Source: a virus (taxonomy: Duplodnaviria > Caudoviricetes). From it: a stretch of DNA of 24,448 nucleotides. The stretch lies in IMG/VR virus record IMGVR_UViG_3300033514_000533, positions 1 through 24,448 of that record. One strand, given 5' to 3'. Below, piece by piece: positions 17,620 to 24,448 of the stretch (positions are counted from its first letter, which is position 1; each line of letters opens with the position of its first letter). A model generated the notes under the pieces. The model saw only the letters and a list, made by a program, of their open reading frames with translations, ran no database searches and was not told the origin of the DNA. The translations under genes and the position numbers were made by a program.

Positions 17620-18531
17620 CTAGTTAATTTGTGTGTATAGTTTTCTTATGTCATCAGAAACCGATGATGCAATAGCAAAATCTTTACCACAAAAATCAGG
17701 TAATTTCGGTTTATTCAAAACCCTCGATTCTAAAAAACTATAAACATCTGGATTCTCCCTGCATGTTTCCTCAACATTTCTAATGCAATTAATGCGTAAT
17801 TGATTGTCATACTCAGTATTTAACCCATCCAAAAAGAATTCTAATGCCGTATGTTTCTCATATAAATCAAATAGCATTTTTGATAATTTTTTTGGTGGTA
17901 TTAAATGATCATAAATAACTGGGGAATCATAACAAACATCATACAATATATTCATATCTCTTGGGTTGCATTGCAATGGTGTTTCATCCCTCACTGAAAT
18001 CTTAAACCATTGGTTATTATCGCAATAAAACGCCTGACCTACTTCCCCAAATAACAAAGTTTTACTTTCTGTGTTATTCATAATCCGCATATACAATTCC
18101 CTAGTTTTACTGGTATTAGAGTATATAATTGCATTTTCTAAATCAGCTTCTTTTGTCGTTTTGTGGTATAATACCCTATGACACACGAATTGATATACAT
18201 CATCGTTGGCAAATAATTTATCAACATGACCAATACATTCACGTTGTAATTTTTCACCTAATGTTTTATCCATACCATTAAGAAAAAACACAAGTGAGGT
18301 ATATTTTGCATATAACTGACGCAGTTGTTCTAATAATACAGGTAATGGTGGAATGTATGTTAAACAAATGGGTTCTCTACATATATCTAATTGCAAATCT
18401 ATTTCTCTTCCGCTACAAATCTCAGGTGTGTGTTTGCGACGTGATACCTTAGAATATACATTATTTTGTAGGAAAATAGCCGTACCTGTTTCACCAAAAA
18501 TCCAAGTTTTTACATGATCGGTTTTGTTCAT
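17620..18531 (-). CDS. Hypothetical protein built from two tandem ~150-aa homologous domains
   Basis: ATG 18531 with AAGGA RBS. Halves align: KTWIFGETG/KTLLFGEVG, LYAKYTSLVFFLNG/LYEKHTALEFFLDG, DVYQFVCHRVL/DVYSFLESRVL, TRELY/IRKLY. Confidence 0.75.
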   Translation of the reverse strand: MNKTDHVKTWIFGETGTAIFLQNNVYSKVSRRKHTPEICSGREIDLQLDICREPICLTYIPPLPVLLEQLRQLYAKYTSLVFFLNGMDKTLGEKLQRECIGHVDKLFANDDVYQFVCHRVLYHKTTKEADLENAIIYSNTSKTRELYMRIMNNTESKTLLFGEVGQAFYCDNNQWFKISVRDETPLQCNPRDMNILYDVCYDSPVIYDHLIPPKKLSKMLFDLYEKHTALEFFLDGLNTEYDNQLRINCIRNVEETCRENPDVYSFLESRVLNKPKLPDFCGKDFAIASSVSDDIRKLYTQIN

Positions 18532-18662
18532 TATTTTTTTTCCTTTTTGATGTGGTGACAATAGCAACATGAGTGGTTTTTCATGTTGTATGTAATATCG
18601 ACACAATGCAATCGTGGCGTGTGCAACATTGGCACGGTGTTTTTTACCGTGCCACATGCAAT

Positions 18663-18691
18663 ATTGTAACGTGTCGCGGGGATCGTGTCAA
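18663..18691 (-). promoter_or_regulatory. sigma70 promoter for the antisense gene
   Basis: Minus strand TTGACA-N17-TACAAT. Confidence 0.75.
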
Positions 18692-18780
18692 TCGAATTGA
18701 TGATGTGTTATCATAACATTATTATAACAGTGAGTCAACTGTTTTTTTTATCACATTATACTGAAAAATTTTATACAAAT

Positions 18781-18809
18781 TTGACAAAAACAATAAATTC
18801 ATATAAAAT
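18781..18809 (+). promoter_or_regulatory. sigma70 promoter
   Basis: TTGACA-N17-TAAAAT upstream of the 18905 gene. Confidence 0.7.
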
Positions 18810-18904
18810 AATGTATTATCTCAAGAATTTGTCTAATCTTAGTTTCCAAAATATAGCAAGGAGATAATACAAAAAGAAAATAATTACTAAAATGGTAAAC
18901 AAAA

Positions 18905-20089
18905 ATGAAAATAAAAAACAATGCTAGATTATTAAATCTGCTTTTGAAAAAATCAATTAAAGCAATAGATGATACTAAATACTATGTTGTATATGTTGAT
19001 TATTCAACAGGCTTAGAAATTCCTTTATTTGGTGGTTATGATAAACTATCCAATGAAGTTGATGCCACATTTGAAGTTTATAAATTTCAAAACAAATACG
19101 ATGTAATTTTAGAATGGGAATATAAATTAGGTGTAAGAATAAATACAGATAAACTGATTGATTTGGTAACTCAAAGAAATCAACATAATCTTGTTGATAA
19201 TACCCAACCACAACCACAACAAAATAACCGATATTCGGATTTATTCAATGATATTGACAAGCAAATTCGTAGCATTGATACTAAAGAGTACCCTAAATAT
19301 TTTCAAATAAAAACCCACAAACCCTCAAATGGCGTGGAAATAAAGAATGATGATTTTGCGTTTGTGGTTAATGCGTTATTTAAAAAGTTGAATTTAATAG
19401 ACATGGAAAAAATAAGAAGAGAGGTTAATCCAGAAAAACAATCTGAACTACTTCCTTCATTACAATTAATATTGTCATACATATTGCACGCATGGGAATA
19501 TAATGTTGCGAATATCAAAGAATTTAAGAAGAATAAGGAATTCATAAAAACAGTGTATGATCATGCGAAAAAAACAAATCAACAATATGATTTAGAACAT
19601 GTTTGTGGTATAATGAATTTGAATATTAATTTTCCAAAAGAAATTGGATTTATAAAAAGGGTTTTATTTGGAAATAAACCTCAACAGAAATTGGAAGAAG
19701 GTTGTGGTTGTGGATGTAGAGCCGACACAAAAAGCGATTGGGTTAGTGCGAATCCGTCTTTTTTCAATAGAAAAGACTCCGTGTCGTGTGTTTGCAGCTT
19801 ATTAAAGATTCTGCCTGTAGTTATAGAAACCAATGTAAATAATAAATCATTATTGATGCAAAAATTACTTGACAAATATCCAAATGAAGATGATAAATAC
19901 AGGGAGTTTGCGATGGATATATTGCAAGGGTTAATAGATAAAAAACAATATTGGATAGAAATATTTTATAAATTAATGAGAGTTGTGATAGAGGGTGAAA
20001 ATAAGAAAACAAACGAATCTCAAGCTAAAGCAAAAGCACCAGAGTATTCAGAATTAAATCACTTCATTCGCGTATTAAATTCATTGTAA
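18905..20089 (+). CDS. Hypothetical protein (QP linker, EEGCGCGC motif)
   Basis: 394-aa ORF with its own promoter and a downstream hairpin; no recognisable family. Confidence 0.7.
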   Translation: MKIKNNARLLNLLLKKSIKAIDDTKYYVVYVDYSTGLEIPLFGGYDKLSNEVDATFEVYKFQNKYDVILEWEYKLGVRINTDKLIDLVTQRNQHNLVDNTQPQPQQNNRYSDLFNDIDKQIRSIDTKEYPKYFQIKTHKPSNGVEIKNDDFAFVVNALFKKLNLIDMEKIRREVNPEKQSELLPSLQLILSYILHAWEYNVANIKEFKKNKEFIKTVYDHAKKTNQQYDLEHVCGIMNLNINFPKEIGFIKRVLFGNKPQQKLEEGCGCGCRADTKSDWVSANPSFFNRKDSVSCVCSLLKILPVVIETNVNNKSLLMQKLLDKYPNEDDKYREFAMDILQGLIDKKQYWIEIFYKLMRVVIEGENKKTNESQAKAKAPEYSELNHFIRVLNSL

Positions 20090-20092
20090 CAT

Positions 20093-20137
20093 CAAACGCA
20101 CCGCTATTTATATTAAATTACAATAGCGGTGCGTTTG
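20093..20137 (+). terminator. Hairpin, probable terminator
   Basis: Perfect 16-bp inverted repeat caaacgcaccgctatt/aatagcggtgcgtttg just after the stop; U-tract is weak. Confidence 0.55.
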
Positions 20138-20164
20138 CGTTATGTATCCTTAGTGATTTGTTGG

Positions 20165-20193
20165 TTGACTCTGATTTGCATATATGATATACT
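20165..20193 (+). promoter_or_regulatory. sigma70 promoter for the primase operon
   Basis: TTGACT-N17-TATACT with TG extended -10, ending 9 nt before ATG 20203. Confidence 0.7.
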
Positions 20194-20202
20194 GATTGAA
20201 TT

Positions 20203-21222
20203 ATGAAAGAGATTAAAAAGACAGCAAAACATATAGATTTAAATTCACTAAAAATATCTAAATCAAGTGGCAATGTTACCAGATATTACTGTCCTAATTG
20301 CATCATAAAAATAAACAAATCGGATGACGAGGGAACTCTATCGTTTAATCACGCTTTGAAGAAGGGATGGTGTTATCGTTGTCATACTGCCTTTTTTGTA
20401 CAAGGAAAGAGTGTATTAGAAGAATTAGATGATGCAAGTGATTACTTGTCAGGGAATCAATCTGTCAAGATTGCAGACAATACATTAATAACAACAACAA
20501 TAACAACAAAAATAATACAAAAAAAGACACACCAATCATTCGCAAAAGCAGAGCTATCAAACAAAGAGATAATTATTACACCATTAATTGATAGACACAA
20601 AATCTATTTGGAAAATAGAAATCCGTTTATATTAGAAATTTCTGATTTTTTAGGGCTAAAGAGTGCGAAGTATTATCGAGATGCAATCTTTATTCCTTTT
20701 TTGTTTAATGGTGAGGTGTTTCAATTTCAATTGCGTTTTACGGATTTATTAAAACCAAAGCATTATACAAGCGTTGGGGATAAAATACCGTATTCGCCCG
20801 ATCATTTACTTTTCGATGTGAATAGTGTACAATCATTAAATGCGATCACATTGTGCGAAGGCGTGTTTGATGCTATTGCATTAAGGATAATGGGTTATCC
20901 AAATCCATTCGCTGTTTTGGGTTCGGTAATCACAGATTATCAAATGGATATATTAAGGAATTTTGAATTTGAGGAAATATATTGTGCCTTTGATAACGAA
21001 TATTTGAATAAGGAAAATATAAAAAACATTATAAATCTGTTTCCTTTTGTTTCTCAGCATAACAGTATCGTTTTTCCAAAGATAGACGATATTCAACCAG
21101 ACCCAGAAGAGTTTTTAAGATATAAAAGCAAATTAAATCAAGATTTGTATGACAAATACAAAGAAAACACTCATAAATGGCTACTAAATGTTAGTAATAA
21201 ATCGCGATCCTCAAATTATTGA
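20203..21222 (+). CDS. DnaG-type Toprim DNA primase (phage gp61-like)
   Basis: Zinc finger CPNC...CYRC, Toprim LCEGVFDAI, AVLG, AFDNE, DPEE. Confidence 0.85.
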   Translation: MKEIKKTAKHIDLNSLKISKSSGNVTRYYCPNCIIKINKSDDEGTLSFNHALKKGWCYRCHTAFFVQGKSVLEELDDASDYLSGNQSVKIADNTLITTTITTKIIQKKTHQSFAKAELSNKEIIITPLIDRHKIYLENRNPFILEISDFLGLKSAKYYRDAIFIPFLFNGEVFQFQLRFTDLLKPKHYTSVGDKIPYSPDHLLFDVNSVQSLNAITLCEGVFDAIALRIMGYPNPFAVLGSVITDYQMDILRNFEFEEIYCAFDNEYLNKENIKNIINLFPFVSQHNSIVFPKIDDIQPDPEEFLRYKSKLNQDLYDKYKENTHKWLLNVSNKSRSSNY

Positions 21223-21910
21223 AAATGCTATAAACAAAGGAAGTAGGCTAAATAAGCCTGTAGAAATAAAGATACTCTCTTATGAGCGAGAGCATTATTT
21301 GGGAATGTCTGAAATTAGCAATTGTCCTAGATTATTGTGGTTTAAATTCAATAAAATAGAAGAATATAATGGAATTGAAATCACTCAAAAAGAAACGGCA
21401 GATAAATTGCATAGAATTTTTAGGATGGGGCATATCTTAGAGCAAGAAGTTATTCATTTAATGGATAGTGGCGGGTTGAGAATATCAGGTCAGCAAAATA
21501 CATACACTGATTTTGCAAATAGATTTCGTGGGCATTGTGACGGTTTGGTTAAGATTAATGGTGAATGTCGTTTATTCGATATAAAAACGATGAATCAGAA
21601 TAAGTTTGAAATGTTTTGCGATGGGAATATCAAATCATTGTTTTTTTCTTATTGGTGTCAGCTTAATATGTATATGTATTATGAGAATAATTACAAACCT
21701 TCATTTCTTATAGCCTACAATAAGAATACATCTGATATTAAGGTGAGAACAGTTGAATATGAACCCACGCTTGTTAAGTTTATGATAAATAAATGCGAGA
21801 AAATATTGCGTTCAACTTCACCTTCTGATATAATTGTCGGCAGAGCAAATGAGAGTTGTATGTACTGCCCATATAGTTCAATATGCAACTCTATCGACAA
21901 CACAACTTAA
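21188..21910 (+). CDS. Cas4-like PD-(D/E)XK exonuclease with Fe-S cysteines
   Basis: SEISNCPR, GHILE, GHCDG, DIKT, QLNMYM, CMYCPYSSIC; no CRISPR context. Confidence 0.85.
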   Translation: MLVINRDPQIIENAINKGSRLNKPVEIKILSYEREHYLGMSEISNCPRLLWFKFNKIEEYNGIEITQKETADKLHRIFRMGHILEQEVIHLMDSGGLRISGQQNTYTDFANRFRGHCDGLVKINGECRLFDIKTMNQNKFEMFCDGNIKSLFFSYWCQLNMYMYYENNYKPSFLIAYNKNTSDIKVRTVEYEPTLVKFMINKCEKILRSTSPSDIIVGRANESCMYCPYSSICNSIDNTT

Positions 21911-21930
21911 TTTAAAAGGTCATATTATCA

Positions 21931-23601
21931 ATGAGCGACTTCGCCCAATCTATCACTTTAGAAGAAATTGAAGAACAGGTGAAATTGAAATTTCCATCAC
22001 ACAAGAAATTTAATGATGGTCAATTTCAAATTATTATGAAGATTCTATCTTCTTTCTTAATAGACGGCAATAAATTCTATATACTAGAAGCCCCAACAGG
22101 TATTGGAAAATCAGTTATTGCTAAAACTGTTGCAAATGTTATTAATTATTTCACTGTACCAAACAGTAAAATTATTACATGCAACCGATTATTGCAACGA
22201 CAATATTCTTCTGATTTCGACGATATGAAAAATATCGAAAGTTCAAAGCATTATGATTGTGCAATATCCTTGTTTAAGGGTGCTGCATCTACTCATTATA
22301 ACGATATTGATTGTGGCGGAAGGTCATGTCCCTCAATAGGACGTTGTGATTATTTTAATGCTTTTAACGCATTTATTAACGCACCGACAGGGATTACTAA
22401 TTATGCTTACTATTTAATGAATGCAGAAATAAATAGTAATTTACTGATAGCTGATGAAGCTCATAACATGGAGAGTTTAATTTGCACACATTATTCAATT
22501 GAATTGGAGTCAGAGCAAGTCAATGGTTTATTTAAATACATGAAAAAAATTCAAGTTGACAATGAATCTGCATCTAAAATTCGTAGGGGATTTTTAGAGA
22601 TGAGAAGTTATATTTCAGGTCAGACTGAGAATTTGTTTTTTCTTGATGATTTTATTTATAACATCGGATTAATGTATAAGCGTTTAACATCTGAAATTTT
22701 AAAACATAAACGTGGTAGCAAAACAACACTAATCTTTTCTGGTAAAGAAGACCACCTGTCTAAGTGTAAATCGCATATTGAATATCTGAAAAGATTAGAG
22801 GTTTTGTTGCAGATTTTTAGATCAAATCCATCATCTTATATTAAGATGTATAGCATTGAAAATAATGGCAGTGAAGACCTTGTAAAAGCGATATTGAAGC
22901 CATTAGAGCCTCGACACATTGCGAGAATATTGTTTGATCGCAGCAAATATGTATTGTTAATGAGCGCAACGATTTGTGGTGTTGAAGAATTTGCAGCAAA
23001 CTTGGGGATTACCAATTTTGGTTTTGATTGTTTGAGCAGTCCATTTCCTGTTGAAAATCGACTCATTATGTTACATAATTTGGAAGGGTTAAATAATGGT
23101 AATTTCTCTCAATTAGTTGACTTATACATACAAAAAATGGATGAAATTCTTGATTTTCATATTGAGGATCGTGGGCTTATCCACACTGTTTCATATTCAA
23201 ATCAAAAATTAATTGAATCAAAATCGCGGCACGCTAAACGTTTTATCTTACCAAAAAGAGGAGAACTATTTAATATTAACAAGTTAAAGTCAACAAAAAA
23301 CGGAATTTTATTATCCCCTTCAATGACGGAAGGTGTTGATCTAGCAGATGATCTATCGAGATTTCAAATAATATTTAAGATGCCATTTGCAAATCTTGGT
23401 GATAAATGGATTAAAAAGAAAATGGAATTATCTTATGTGTGGTATTTGATTCAAGTTGCGAGAACATTCTCGCAGTCATGTGGTCGGAGTGTGCGTCATA
23501 AAGAAGACTCAGCGATAACACACGTTATTGACGGCAATATTAATAAAATTCAGCATCTTTTGCCAAAATATATTCAAGAAGCACTGAAGGAAGATAATTA
23601 G
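21931..23601 (+). CDS. DinG/XPD-family SF2 helicase
   Basis: Q motif, APTGIGKS, LQRQY, four-Cys Fe-S segment, DEAH, MSAT, SPF, EGVD, QSCGRSVRH. Confidence 0.88.
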   Translation: MSDFAQSITLEEIEEQVKLKFPSHKKFNDGQFQIIMKILSSFLIDGNKFYILEAPTGIGKSVIAKTVANVINYFTVPNSKIITCNRLLQRQYSSDFDDMKNIESSKHYDCAISLFKGAASTHYNDIDCGGRSCPSIGRCDYFNAFNAFINAPTGITNYAYYLMNAEINSNLLIADEAHNMESLICTHYSIELESEQVNGLFKYMKKIQVDNESASKIRRGFLEMRSYISGQTENLFFLDDFIYNIGLMYKRLTSEILKHKRGSKTTLIFSGKEDHLSKCKSHIEYLKRLEVLLQIFRSNPSSYIKMYSIENNGSEDLVKAILKPLEPRHIARILFDRSKYVLLMSATICGVEEFAANLGITNFGFDCLSSPFPVENRLIMLHNLEGLNNGNFSQLVDLYIQKMDEILDFHIEDRGLIHTVSYSNQKLIESKSRHAKRFILPKRGELFNINKLKSTKNGILLSPSMTEGVDLADDLSRFQIIFKMPFANLGDKWIKKKMELSYVWYLIQVARTFSQSCGRSVRHKEDSAITHVIDGNINKIQHLLPKYIQEALKEDN

Positions 23602-24448
23602 TGTTAATACAACACGGTGTAAATTCTGAGATATGTTTTTTATGTGAAGATGTCTCAGAATTTCAGTTTTCAGAAGAATTTAAAGATATTAGAATTTCTG
23701 CCAATAAAAAGATTGTTAATTATTGTGTTACAGATGATTTTAGCGAAACAAGACCTTTTAAAAAGGTTTTTGTTTTGGATAAGCAGATATATAATACACT
23801 ATCAAACGATAGTCAATATATTCTATGCGATAATATATCTGTTATTAATGGAGATAATGACTCGATAGAGGGTTGTATTGAGCTAAAATTAGATGGTTTA
23901 TTAAATATTGTTTCACAATTAATGAGAGAGACAGATGTTGCATTGGTGACAATCACTAATGAATTTTATTCATGGGATGATAAATTCAAAATAGAATGTT
24001 TGTGGTTTGCTACTCATAAACAAGAATTCAAGATAATTGTTGATAGGGATTTTTATGACAATGAGCTTACTGCAATTGAAAACCTGTTAAGTACAGGTAA
24101 AGTATGGATACATGACATAAAAAAAGAAATGTCTATTTATTGGAGATTAACAAAGAAGAAATTACCACTACAAGATATTTCAGTGTTATTATCAATAGAT
24201 AACCCATCAAATACAAAAGAAAAAATATCTACATTACTAATGCTTTATCTAAGCATTGGTAATTGTCAACAAATAACACCCATTTCTATTTTGAAATTAA
24301 AAAAACTGTTATATGAAAAACACAGTGAACCATATCAGTATTTTATCAAACAATCATATTTGTCATGTATTTTAGAATCAAATGCAATTGGATGGGATGA
24401 GGGTATTGCATCAAAAATAGAAAAAGTATATTGCAAAAAAAGAAATGA
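23601..24448 (+). CDS. Large ORF running off the window end; probable N-terminus of a family A DNA polymerase with a degenerate 3'-5' exonuclease fold
   Basis: Not in the ORF track. GTG 23601 overlaps the TAG of the helicase gene (GAAGGA RBS); 282 codons with no stop. KVWIHDIKKE, QDISVLLSIDNP and LESNAIGWD resemble PolA HNxKFD, DTMxxxYLLDP and MExNGIxxD. The ORF is secure; the function is tentative. Confidence 0.55.
   Translation, partial: MLIQHGVNSEICFLCEDVSEFQFSEEFKDIRISANKKIVNYCVTDDFSETRPFKKVFVLDKQIYNTLSNDSQYILCDNISVINGDNDSIEGCIELKLDGLLNIVSQLMRETDVALVTITNEFYSWDDKFKIECLWFATHKQEFKIIVDRDFYDNELTAIENLLSTGKVWIHDIKKEMSIYWRLTKKKLPLQDISVLLSIDNPSNTKEKISTLLMLYLSIGNCQQITPISILKLKKLLYEKHSEPYQYFIKQSYLSCILESNAIGWDEGIASKIEKVYCKKRN

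Noticed and set aside
18630-18654. sigma54 promoter (TGGCACG)
   Set aside because: No TTGC at -12 on either strand; the motif is explained as a palindrome arm.
18532-18657. N-terminal 42 codons of the 345-aa track ORF
   Set aside because: Start coincides with the predicted TSS and hairpins; the repeat alignment and RBS point to ATG 18531.
1191-23066. Short antisense or overlapping ORFs (e.g. 1191-1415, 4678-4884, 8227-8484, 10081-10362, 10839-11225, 15567-15797, 18685-18867, 22836-23066)
   Set aside because: They lie within well-supported genes, intron RNA or promoters, lack RBS or motifs, and are expected by chance.
21188-23601. Cas4 + DinG as a type IV CRISPR-Cas module
   Set aside because: No array and no Cas5/6/7 genes; solo Cas4-like nucleases and DinG helicases are common in phage replication modules.
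23644-23868. 74-aa ORF in the track
   Set aside because: Out-of-frame shadow inside the longer ORF starting at 23601.
1-24448. Stop-codon reassignment as in some large phages
   Set aside because: Coding density is high under code 11, and TAA, TAG and TGA all end genes at tight junctions.

Overview
Very AT-rich, gene-dense DNA replication/recombination region of a large dsDNA bacteriophage or phage-plasmid (standard genetic code, host-type sigma70 promoters). Two operons diverge from an 830-bp non-coding region (3532-4357) that has mirror symmetry: two inverted GC-rich ~82-nt hairpins with a compensatory base-pair change, two ~150-bp direct repeats, 8 TGAGAAA boxes and outward-facing promoters. 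This is a candidate origin and/or centromere. The leftward operon encodes a small protein, a ParM-like actin, a stand-alone PolA/T7-RNAP-superfamily (TV-Pol-like) polymerase and a P-loop nucleotide kinase. The rightward operon encodes a DnaB/gp41-like helicase, RusA, a sigma-like/Mor-like regulator, a gp32-like SSB, an Mre11-Rad50 (SbcD-SbcC) gene interrupted by a complete group IIB intron (RT-X-HNH; splicing is predicted to give one ~955-aa fusion), a HExxH protein, a PurD-like ATP-grasp ligase lacking the PurD substrate loop, and several hypothetical genes. These are followed by an independently promoted antisense gene made of a tandem domain duplication, a Toprim primase, a Cas4-like nuclease, a DinG-like helicase and the 5' end of a probable family A DNA polymerase. 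All protein calls come from motifs read by eye; no database searches were run.
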